From positions 96,001 to 160,000 of the forward strand of contig JAXGYC010000009.1 in the NCBI GenBank assembly GCA_040772485.1: a DNA stretch of 64,000 bases. The letters are read 5' to 3'. This DNA comes from Sedimentisphaerales bacterium (lineage in GTDB: Bacteria > Planctomycetota > Phycisphaerae > Sedimentisphaerales > Anaerobacaceae). The notes beneath the pieces were generated by a model, which made no database searches, was not told the DNA's origin, and saw only the letters and a list, made by a program, of their open reading frames with translations. The position numbers and the translations under genes are program-made. How positions within the stretch are numbered: position 1 is the first letter of the stretch; every line of letters starts with the position of its first letter. Shown here piece after piece: positions 44,630-53,119 of this stretch.

Positions 44630-47137
44630 TCAGCGCGGATTATACACGATTCTTTCGAACGGGATGGAGCCGCGGACGACCTTGCAGAAGGCCTTGCCGT
44701 CCTTGACGCCGACGGTGCCGTAGCCGGTGGCGGTGCACAGGAAGCTCTGGAAGTCGCCTTTGATTCGCGGCGCGACATACAGCGTGCGCTCGACCGCGTC
44801 GTACCGCGCGCCCGACAGCGCGCCGAGCAGGGCGTAGCTCGACATGGCGCGGGCGTACCAGTGGCCGCACTCGTATTCGTTGAACGGATTGCGGCTGCGT
44901 CCATCGTACCGGTCGCGCGCCACCCGCACGATCTCCAGACCCTCATCGACCATGCCGCGAAGGATCAGGTGCGACGCCGCCTGGTATTCGATGCCCGTCC
45001 AGACCTCGTTGCTGTAGACGAACGGCAGCGAGAGCATCCCGCCCTTGGGCCAGGTGCACAGCAGCAGGCCGCCGTCGTCGCCCATGGCGTAGCCCGGCCG
45101 CTGCGGATTGGCGTGCGCCGAGAGGTCCCGCTTGAGATTGTACCTGTGGATGCTCTTGAGGTGGCTGTTGACCTTGGCCTCGTCGAGCACCGGCCCGACG
45201 CCGGAGATCTCGGCCAGCCACGAGCCCAGCACCCCGTCGGACAGACACCCCGTGCCGTACTGGTACTTCGGGCCTTCGGCCTTGAGCAGCTCGATCGCCT
45301 CGGGGCTGTAGCCGCTGTTGAAGCTCTGGACGTTGACCGGGTTGCCGGCGCGAAGGCCCTCGGTCTGGATCTTCTGATAGAAGTACTCGCCGTTGAAGAG
45401 CTGCTCGTTGACGAACGCTTCGCCCTTGGCGAGCACATCCTCATAGAGTGTCACGTCCTCGCCGAGCTTCTTGCCCATGGCGACCGCCGCCTTGAGCGCG
45501 CCGAGATAGAAGCTGGTGCACATCGGGTCGGGGCCCCAGAACTCGATGTCGTAGGTGTTGTGGTGCGGCTCGCGCAGCACGCCCTCGTGCTTCGGGTCCC
45601 AGGCCATCATGCAGTAGGCGAGGCTCTCGCGCACCGCCGGCCACAGCGTCTTCATCCACGCGGTGTCGCCGCTGATGCGCCAGTCGCGGTAGACCTTGAT
45701 CACGCCGCCGAGCTGGCCGTCGCTGGCGGCGTGGAACTCGTGCTTCGGCTCGCGGATCGGCAGCGGGCAGCGGAAGTTCTGATGGCCCTTGTCGTCCTGG
45801 CAGACGCCGAACTCGGTCTCGCGCAGCGTCCGCTCCAGCGACGGGAACAGGTTGGGCATCGCCTGGGCGTAGTTCCAGACGTGGGTGCACGAGCCGTGGC
45901 AGCAGCCGGCGCCGTCGTGACATCCTTCGAACGCCCAGAATCGGCCATCGGTCTGCCGCAGGACGGTGGGGCTCTTGAGGATCGTCAGGTTGGCGGCGAC
46001 CGCCTCGACCACTTCGGCGGGCAGGGTCGTGTCGTGGAAACACTCGCTGAACTTCTTGCTCTCGGCGCGGAGCCGGTCGTAACTGGTTCGCCACTCGTCG
46101 ACGACGGCGCCGATGCTGTCGAACTTGCCGGCGTACCAGGGCTGGTACATCTGCCTTTCGCTTTCCGGCGAGGTCTCGTCGCCCTGGCGCACGTCGCTGT
46201 TCGGCACGTACCAGCACAGCTTCAGCGTGATGGTTCGCGTCTCGCCGGGCGCCAGCTCGAACGGCACGAACAGCGTCGCGCCGGAGCTCGCGCCGCCCTC
46301 GGTGGGGAAGTCCCTGTCGTAGCAGTTGCCCTGCTCGATGTCCTTCCAGACCATGGTCAGCGGATCGAACCAGCCGCCGCGGAACCAGGCGGCGTTGACC
46401 TTGGCGTCAGGCTCGTCGACGAACGCGGCCAGATAGCCTTCATCCTGCTTCTTGAGCGTGCCGCCCAGAGGCTGGCTGAGGACGAACCCGCCGGCGATCC
46501 GGTCGATGCGCGGCTCGTGACCGCGCACACTCATGAAGTTGGCGGCGTTGAAGGAGAAGACGGCCTCGATCTTCTCTTTGGAGGTGTTGGAGAAGCGGTA
46601 CTCGACGCCGACCATCGGCAGCGACGAGGCGTCGGCGTCGGGCGGCGCAAACGGGCTCCAACCGATGATCTCGACCTTCAGCGGCACCTTGGCATCTTGC
46701 AGCGAGACCACGCCGAACGGGAAGCGGCTGTGGAAGCTCGCCTCGCGAAAGCGCGGCAGGCCGTAGGTGGTCTCGCCGAGTCCGTTGCCGGGGCCGCCGT
46801 ACTGGCCCGTGCCCGGATGGATCGCGAAGACCTTCCACTTGGGCACCGGTCCCTCCAGCACGCGCGCGATGTTCTCATCGCCCTTGACGCAGATCGCGGA
46901 GAACACCTTGCGTTCGCTGAGGATGTCGGGCCGGTTGCGAAGCGAGAAGTGGCTGAGCATTCCGGTCCCCTCCAGGCAGATCATGCCCGCGCCGATGCCG
47001 CCCATGGGAAAGGCGATGCGGTCGAGGTTGGTCTGCGTGTAGGAGTCGTTGTACCGATGCTCTGCGAGAGCGACAGTGGCTGTGAAGGCAAGAGCAATCG
47101 CACACAACAGAAGGAATGAGATTCGGGCCGATTTCAT
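44630..47137 (-). CDS. GH116 glycoside hydrolase (non-lysosomal glucosylceramidase-like), secreted
   Basis: FPMGGIGAG, GSCTHVWNY, HNTYDIEF, EVWTGIEY, NEYECGHWYARAMSS. Confidence 0.93.
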   Translation of the reverse strand: MKSARISFLLLCAIALAFTATVALAEHRYNDSYTQTNLDRIAFPMGGIGAGMICLEGTGMLSHFSLRNRPDILSERKVFSAICVKGDENIARVLEGPVPKWKVFAIHPGTGQYGGPGNGLGETTYGLPRFREASFHSRFPFGVVSLQDAKVPLKVEIIGWSPFAPPDADASSLPMVGVEYRFSNTSKEKIEAVFSFNAANFMSVRGHEPRIDRIAGGFVLSQPLGGTLKKQDEGYLAAFVDEPDAKVNAAWFRGGWFDPLTMVWKDIEQGNCYDRDFPTEGGASSGATLFVPFELAPGETRTITLKLCWYVPNSDVRQGDETSPESERQMYQPWYAGKFDSIGAVVDEWRTSYDRLRAESKKFSECFHDTTLPAEVVEAVAANLTILKSPTVLRQTDGRFWAFEGCHDGAGCCHGSCTHVWNYAQAMPNLFPSLERTLRETEFGVCQDDKGHQNFRCPLPIREPKHEFHAASDGQLGGVIKVYRDWRISGDTAWMKTLWPAVRESLAYCMMAWDPKHEGVLREPHHNTYDIEFWGPDPMCTSFYLGALKAAVAMGKKLGEDVTLYEDVLAKGEAFVNEQLFNGEYFYQKIQTEGLRAGNPVNVQSFNSGYSPEAIELLKAEGPKYQYGTGCLSDGVLGSWLAEISGVGPVLDEAKVNSHLKSIHRYNLKRDLSAHANPQRPGYAMGDDGGLLLCTWPKGGMLSLPFVYSNEVWTGIEYQAASHLILRGMVDEGLEIVRVARDRYDGRSRNPFNEYECGHWYARAMSSYALLGALSGARYDAVERTLYVAPRIKGDFQSFLCTATGYGTVGVKDGKAFCKVVRGSIPFERIVYNPR

Positions 47138-47278
47138 CGTTTCGCTCCTTGATTGGATTGAACAGCGTTTCAGGCAGGCACGCAGGCCTGTCGCTACATC
47201 ATAACCGCGCCGGCGGCTTGTGCAAATGGGAACTGAGGGACCTAAAGGACCCAAGGGACCTCAACGACTTGGGGACGG

Positions 47279-49753
47279 TCAGCGGCGAGGGTCGAGGCCT
47301 TGCCAGCGATGGGTCCAGCGGTCTTTGCCCGGGCTCTCGACGACCATGAACTCGCCGTCCCGCCGCCACTTCAGCGGCAGGTTGTTCTCATCGCGGAGGT
47401 AGCGGGCGGGCATGAAGCCCTTTTCGAAGAGGGTTTCGAGCGAATCGGGCAGCGTGTCGAACGCCAGCCGATAGGCGTAGAGGGCCCGTCCGATGCCCAG
47501 CCGGATGAAGTGCGCCTCGTGGTGCGTGCGCTCGATCCGCTTGACCTCGGGCGGCAGCTTCAGCAGCCGCAGCACCTCGACGCCCAGCGGTCCGACCCGC
47601 GCTGTGTCGTGCGCTGCGCGGAAGGCGATCGTGTGGTCGCCTTTCTTCAGTTCGTGCGTGCCCAGCGCCACATCGGCCTCGTCGTCCTCGACCGCGCGGA
47701 GATCGACCGTCGCGATTTCCTTGCCGTCGATCATCACGTCGTACGCGCCGTTGCCCGGGCCTTTCGCCGCCGTCAGGCGTACCGCGTATCGTCCATCGTC
47801 AGCCAGCTCGAACGGCAGCGTCAGCACGGCGCCAGGCTCTTCGTTGGGCCAGGCCAACACGGGACGCGCGCCGAAGAAGCCCTGGGTCTGCACCTGCACC
47901 TTGGTCTTGCCCGAAGTCCTGGCGTAGCGATACGCCTTGACGAGATGGTGACATTGCCAGGGGACGCGGCGCTCGTGCCACGAGGGCAGCGGCCCGAACG
48001 TGGTCTGCGGCTCGCCCGTCTGGTACCAGTAGGCGACGCTGCTGAAGAAGTCGGGCCGTTCGAGGAAGAAGCCGTCTTCCGATTCGTCGAAGTTGCCGCG
48101 ATGTTCGATGGCCACTTTGAGCGACTCGGCGAAGTGGACCGGATCGAGCAGGTGCCAGCGGTAGCAGACGCCGCAATCGCCCGCCGCGTAGCCCTGCCAG
48201 CGAGGCTGCCCGAACCAGAGGCCCGTTCGCGCGCGGTAGCCCCAGGCGTCGTTGAAGTAGTCCTCGGTGCCGGTGCCCTGGAGGCTGGGGACCTGCTCGC
48301 CGTCGATGTAGAAGAAATCGTCGCCTTCGCCGAACCAGCCGTCCTGGCCCATCGTCACGCTGATGACGGTGCCGACGTAATAGCCGCTGCCCTTCAGGTC
48401 GGCCAGCAGGTAATCGCGGCCGGCGACCGCCGGATACTCCTGCCGATAGCGCGCGTAGAAGTACGGCACGTCGTCGCCCAGCTCGTCCAACTGCGTCCAG
48501 TCCACCTGCCAGTACAGACCGGTCGAGCGGTCGGGGTTGTCGTTGGTCACCACGATGCGAGCGCTCTTGCGGAAGGGCATCCGCCAGTAGCACGTCAGCG
48601 AGCCCGAAGGCGAGACCTGGACGGGAATGCTCTCGACCGCAGCGGGCCGGCCGTGCCCGACCGCGAAGAAGTCGCCCACGGGCGCTTCAACTCCCGGCTC
48701 GTCGCTGCCGTCGTAGTAGATGCGCAGCGTCAGGGCGTGCAGCTCGCCCACCCAGCCCGCGTGACTGGTGAGCCAGATGTGCGTCACGACGCCCGGCCCT
48801 TCGAGGATCGGCATGTTGACCGACTCGCCCGGCATCAGCCAGGTCATGTCGAGGTTCTCGTCGTGCCAGCCGGGCTGCTGGTTGCTGGAGACGCGGCGGT
48901 TGCGGCCTCTGGGCCCGCCGCTCATCGGCCCGAGGATGTCACGCAGCGAAACCGACTGCGTTTCGTCGGTCTTCTTGTGGTCGATCCACACCGCGTCGTT
49001 CATGTACGCGCGGGCGTACTCGTAGGTCATGTAGCCGTCGCGGCCCTCGTTGTTGGAGTTGCGGAAGATCAGCAGACCGCCGCCCGGCTGCGCGGGGTCG
49101 TCGCGATAGCCCACGATCAGCACGCTGTGTCCGTCGAAGACGCCTTCCGGCGGCGGGGTCTCCAGGACGTCGTTCGTCCATCGAGCCGGTTTCTTGGGCC
49201 AGCGCAGGCCGCCGCAGACGGGCCACTGCCGGTCGAGCGTCCGTTTGATCGCCACCAGGTGCTCGTCGGTGAGCCCCGTGTTCGGGTTCCAGGGCTTGAT
49301 CCAGTGCAGCCGGAAGCCGAATTCGTGCAACTGCCGCGCGTGGTCCTTGGCCTGCTCGCTCGGCGTCACGTTGGGATCGAACTTGTCTTGATAGGGCATG
49401 TCCCGCTCGGGACACGCGCCGTAGATCTCGAAGCCGCGCCACAGATCGGAGAAGAAGCTGCCGTCGTCGGTCTCGCCCAGCGCCTTGTTCGAGGCCCAGT
49501 TGAGGAACTCGACGCTCAGCCGCTCCGGCTGGCCCGTTCGGCTCGCCAGCGCGTACTCCAGCGCCCCGGTCACCGCGAAGACCGAACACGTGTTCCGCCC
49601 GCCCTGCACGCGCCGTTCGAGCTGCCAGGTCTCGAACGCCGGACGCAGATCGACGCTCCCCGCCCGCGCGCTGGCGGAGGCAAGCAGAACGACCAGCAAG
49701 CCCAGGTTGCCGAAGGTCCGACCAAACGTTGACAGATTCGACGCCATCGCCAT
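47279..49753 (-). CDS. C1 (papain-like) peptidase fused to DUF2961/GH172 and a C-terminal beta-sandwich
   Basis: QGGRNTCSVFA, GHSVLIVGY, FRNS; then GPGVVTHIW, PVGDFF, WFGEGDDFFYIDG, GTGTEDYFNDAW. Confidence 0.88.
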   Translation of the reverse strand: MAMASNLSTFGRTFGNLGLLVVLLASASARAGSVDLRPAFETWQLERRVQGGRNTCSVFAVTGALEYALASRTGQPERLSVEFLNWASNKALGETDDGSFFSDLWRGFEIYGACPERDMPYQDKFDPNVTPSEQAKDHARQLHEFGFRLHWIKPWNPNTGLTDEHLVAIKRTLDRQWPVCGGLRWPKKPARWTNDVLETPPPEGVFDGHSVLIVGYRDDPAQPGGGLLIFRNSNNEGRDGYMTYEYARAYMNDAVWIDHKKTDETQSVSLRDILGPMSGGPRGRNRRVSSNQQPGWHDENLDMTWLMPGESVNMPILEGPGVVTHIWLTSHAGWVGELHALTLRIYYDGSDEPGVEAPVGDFFAVGHGRPAAVESIPVQVSPSGSLTCYWRMPFRKSARIVVTNDNPDRSTGLYWQVDWTQLDELGDDVPYFYARYRQEYPAVAGRDYLLADLKGSGYYVGTVISVTMGQDGWFGEGDDFFYIDGEQVPSLQGTGTEDYFNDAWGYRARTGLWFGQPRWQGYAAGDCGVCYRWHLLDPVHFAESLKVAIEHRGNFDESEDGFFLERPDFFSSVAYWYQTGEPQTTFGPLPSWHERRVPWQCHHLVKAYRYARTSGKTKVQVQTQGFFGARPVLAWPNEEPGAVLTLPFELADDGRYAVRLTAAKGPGNGAYDVMIDGKEIATVDLRAVEDDEADVALGTHELKKGDHTIAFRAAHDTARVGPLGVEVLRLLKLPPEVKRIERTHHEAHFIRLGIGRALYAYRLAFDTLPDSLETLFEKGFMPARYLRDENNLPLKWRRDGEFMVVESPGKDRWTHRWQGLDPRR

Positions 49754-50120
49754 GCAGGATTCCTCACTTTCTCCGACCCGCAATCTTCTCTCGTGCAGCC
49801 TCGCGTCCGTCCACGATTCGCCGCCCGGACGCCCCGCCATTATGCCGCCCCTCCGCCGCCCCCGCAACCCGTTCGTAGTCTGCTCGCAAGAGCATACCAC
49901 CTGACGGCGTCACTACGAACGAGCGTCTTGCCCCGATGTCCGTCCAGACCGCTTCCGCGCGAACGACGTACATACATCGAACGGATCGAGATGAGGTTGC
50001 TACCTGCGATTCGCAGGTACCGGGCATAGCGGTAGATCGTGCTTTCCGCCAGTAGACCTTCCGCCACGGTATGACGAATTCGGACCGACATAAGCAGAGC
50101 GTCACGCGTGATTCCCCTAT

Positions 50121-50735
50121 TTATGGGAACACCCCGTTCAGGAAGCTCTCTGCTTGCTCAACGAAGAGACGTAGGTCAGCCAATTGTCGGTTTGTCCGAG
50201 GCACATCAATTGGTCGGAGGCGATAGTGTTGGTTGTAGTCACCATAGTGGACGATCTTGTGGCGACGCTCGACCAGCATCCTGACGCGTTTGAGGAGGTT
50301 CTTTCTGTGTAATCTCGCTTGCACGTTAACACAGAAGTCCTTCAGTCCAAGGCAGATGAATAGCTCGTCAATCGCATCCAGCCTTTGCGTGACACGTAGT
50401 TCAAGGTGGCGCGTCACCAACGTCCGGACTCTACGATATGGTCGTTCCATGGCCAACATTTCCAGTGCTTGGCGCACGTCGAGCCCTGCCTCCTTCAGCA
50501 GATCCGCAAGGCCATCGCCAACAGGGCCGCCTCTTCTCAGCACTGGAACTACCAAATCGCAGAACTTGTCTGTGAAATACGCATCCATTGACGCCACAGC
50601 GAGAACAACTGACGAGCGCACCAAGTCTCTGTTAGTTGCGAGCTTCTTGCGATGCAGTTGCTCGTAGAGTTTCACAAGCATACTGCACCTGTTCTGCGTT
50701 CTCAGGAACTTGTTGTACGGTCTTGTCGTCGGCAT
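50121..50735 (-). CDS. Solo HEPN-domain protein (RiboL-PSP-HEPN-like), lower GC
   Basis: RSSVVLAVASMDAYF and R-x4-H motif ERRHKIVHYGD. Confidence 0.75.
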   Translation of the reverse strand: MPTTRPYNKFLRTQNRCSMLVKLYEQLHRKKLATNRDLVRSSVVLAVASMDAYFTDKFCDLVVPVLRRGGPVGDGLADLLKEAGLDVRQALEMLAMERPYRRVRTLVTRHLELRVTQRLDAIDELFICLGLKDFCVNVQARLHRKNLLKRVRMLVERRHKIVHYGDYNQHYRLRPIDVPRTNRQLADLRLFVEQAESFLNGVFP

Positions 50736-51046
50736 CGTGGGCAACTCGTGGTTGCTCTTTTGTCATACGTCTGGATTTGCCGCTCTGAGTATATATATCG
50801 GCCGAGTTCATGGTGAACTTGAAAGCAATCAACTCGGACCGGGATAAGCAAGGCCCCCCCATAATTCCCTACAGACACAAGGAGGCCCTCTTTTGCAGGC
50901 CCGCCTCGAAACGGGAAATCGTGTCCAAATCCCGTCTGGACAAGGAACAGCTAAGATGCGATAATAGCATAGGAACGCGATGATTGCGGAAGAGCAAGCG
51001 GATGTGTGCGAAAGTGTGTAGCGACTATATGGGAGATGTTGCAGTG

Positions 51047-51517
51047 ATGAGTCCACGTTTAGAAGTGATTGTCGTGGTCCTCCTGACTTCGATGTGGCTT
51101 GTCTTTGCAGGGTGCGAACGCAGAACGGACGAGGCGGAGACCCAGGAACAAAGCTCTCAGAAGAGCCACCGATCTGCTGAGGAGAAGGGCACCAACCTCG
51201 AGGCCATCCGGTTCGAGATCATAGATGAGAAAGAGCTTCTGGGTATGGATGGCAATAGGATGCTGTCGGCCACAATCCTGCTTCAGGAACGCCTCGGTGA
51301 AGAGGAACTGGTGTCTTTCATGAGCCAGATGAAGGATAGCTACAGAGCGTACGAGAACGCCACAATCAATGTCGTCGCTTCGCGCGGGGCGTATGAGGAA
51401 TGGACAAAGCATAGTAGCGAATCTGGTTCAGATCGGGAAGTGTGGGATAGGATTCTGGTCGTGGGTATACGCGAATGTGCCCACCCCTTGATGACACGCT
51501 CTATAGCGCCATGTTGA
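51047..51517 (+). CDS. Hypothetical lipoprotein (possibly the 5' half of a frameshifted gene)
   Basis: Lipobox FAGC; overlaps the next ORF by 43 nt. Confidence 0.6.
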   Translation: MSPRLEVIVVVLLTSMWLVFAGCERRTDEAETQEQSSQKSHRSAEEKGTNLEAIRFEIIDEKELLGMDGNRMLSATILLQERLGEEELVSFMSQMKDSYRAYENATINVVASRGAYEEWTKHSSESGSDREVWDRILVVGIRECAHPLMTRSIAPC

Positions 51518-52284
51518 AGCGTTCGGGTGCGCCGCGCACTGGCGGCTATGAGTGGCTGGCTTGGGGTGAAGGAGCTGTGGATGGAACGAAGAAGGGTATA
51601 GTGACGACCCCTGACGGCGGGACAGTGCTATATGATCCGAAGGACTGGGATATCAAATGTGATTCCCTCGGCTGTCACATCCGCTGGTCCTGGAGCGTTG
51701 ACACACCCGGCCGGGTGAGCATCAGGGGGAGGGCCGTGAATCTATGGTTATCCCCATCCACCCCTACGCTTCGAGCCGAAGTCAAGGACGTCAACAGTAC
51801 ACTCGTCGGCACGTTCGAATTCGAGTTGCTACGGTTCAAAGGCATGAGAATGTTTGAGACGTGCGTATTGGCGTATTCCTTCCCCTGGGATCTGCGGGAT
51901 GGCCAAGCAGTCGAATTGGACGTCGTGGCACCACAACCAGATCCAGATACTCGGCTTACAGAAGTTGAATCGACCGGGTCCAGACTGGCCAAGGTGACGG
52001 CCGCCAACGTGCAAATTGCCCAGATCGAAGTCGCCCTGGACGCCTTTGAGGTTGATCTCGGTCGCTATCCGACGACCAGCGAAGGTCTGGGAGCCCTGAT
52101 CGAGAAACCGGCCTCGGACTCCGAGGGGTGGCAGCGGCCCTATCTCAAACGTGATCTCCCCAAGGACCCGTGGGACAGCGAGTACCAGTATCGCTATCCG
52201 GGCACCTACAACAAGGATGGCTACGACCTCTACAGTCTCGGGCCGGACCGGAAGCTGGGCGGCGACGATGATATCACCAACTAG
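51475..52284 (+). CDS. Protein with C-terminal GspG (T2SS major pseudopilin) globular domain
   Basis: IEVALDAFEVDLGRYPTTSEGLGAL...WQRPYL...PKDPW...YQYRYPG...YDLYSLGPD...GGDDDITN; no prepilin GFTLxE motif. Confidence 0.8.
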   Translation: MCPPLDDTLYSAMLKRSGAPRTGGYEWLAWGEGAVDGTKKGIVTTPDGGTVLYDPKDWDIKCDSLGCHIRWSWSVDTPGRVSIRGRAVNLWLSPSTPTLRAEVKDVNSTLVGTFEFELLRFKGMRMFETCVLAYSFPWDLRDGQAVELDVVAPQPDPDTRLTEVESTGSRLAKVTAANVQIAQIEVALDAFEVDLGRYPTTSEGLGALIEKPASDSEGWQRPYLKRDLPKDPWDSEYQYRYPGTYNKDGYDLYSLGPDRKLGGDDDITN

Positions 52285-52354
52285 GCGACGGACAGACGAT
52301 GGTAAAGAGGGGACAACCCCCGCTCGCGTTGTTGGGCGCCCGGGCAGATCACTC

Positions 52355-52383
52355 TTGTCGAGGGGGGGCCGCGCTGGTATGAT
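52355..52383 (+). promoter_or_regulatory. Promoter of the antitoxin-RelE/ParE pair (leaderless geometry)
   Basis: TTGTCG-17 nt-TATGAT with extended -10 TG; ATG 6 nt downstream. Confidence 0.6.
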
Positions 52384-52389
52384 ATGGGC

Positions 52390-52575
52390 ATGACGAGCAA
52401 GGAAATCGCACTGAAGACGATCGAGCAACTCCCCGAGAGCGCCTCGTGGGAGGATATTCAGGAGCGCATCAACTTCATCGTTGGTGTTCGCAAGGGCCTT
52501 CGCGAACTGGACGAGGGCCAGGGTATCCCCCATGACCAGGTCAGGGAGGAGTTCGCCGAATGGCTTACCGACTGA
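52390..52575 (+). CDS. Small antitoxin
   Basis: IEQLPESASWEDI...KGLRELDEG..IPHDQV; overlaps the toxin start. Confidence 0.85.
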   Translation: MTSKEIALKTIEQLPESASWEDIQERINFIVGVRKGLRELDEGQGIPHDQVREEFAEWLTD

Positions 52576-52856
52576 CCTGGGCCCCTTCGGCCCGTCTGGA
52601 CCTGAAGGAACTGGCGTCGTTCATCGCGGAATCCCGCCCGGTTGCGGCTGGTCACTTCGTGAGACAGATACTCCACGCCGTTGAACGCCTCGCCGATTTC
52701 CCCGAATCTGGGCGGGTGGTCCCGGAGTTCGACCAGACAAGCATCCGCGAGGTCGTCTGTCGCCCCTGCAGGATCGTGTACCGGGTCAAGCCCGAAGAAC
52801 ACACGGTCGAGATCGCGCGAGTCTGGCACGCCGCACGGGGAATTCCTCAGCTTTGA
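52560..52856 (+). CDS. RelE/ParE-family toxin
   Basis: LTWAPSARLDL...LADFPESGRVVPE...RIVYRV...IARVWHAAR. Confidence 0.92.
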   Translation: MAYRLTWAPSARLDLKELASFIAESRPVAAGHFVRQILHAVERLADFPESGRVVPEFDQTSIREVVCRPCRIVYRVKPEEHTVEIARVWHAARGIPQL

Positions 52857-53119
52857 GTCAAGCCCGAGCGAGGGCGGCTCGATATTCTGCATCTTATACC
52901 TCGCATCGTGCACCGGGACGATGTTGGAGCGGCAGGCCCAAACAGGTTTGTATGGGTCCCATTCTTGCTGTCCAGGGGGTGTCGGGAGCGGTAGAATTCG
53001 TTTGTAGTGTGCTCGTGAGAGCAAACAAGACCGTACCGCCTGACGGCGGCACTACAGACAAGGGGCGAAGGTGTGCGATGCACACCCTACGAACAGGTGC
53101 GAAGAAGGGAGTTGAGAGA

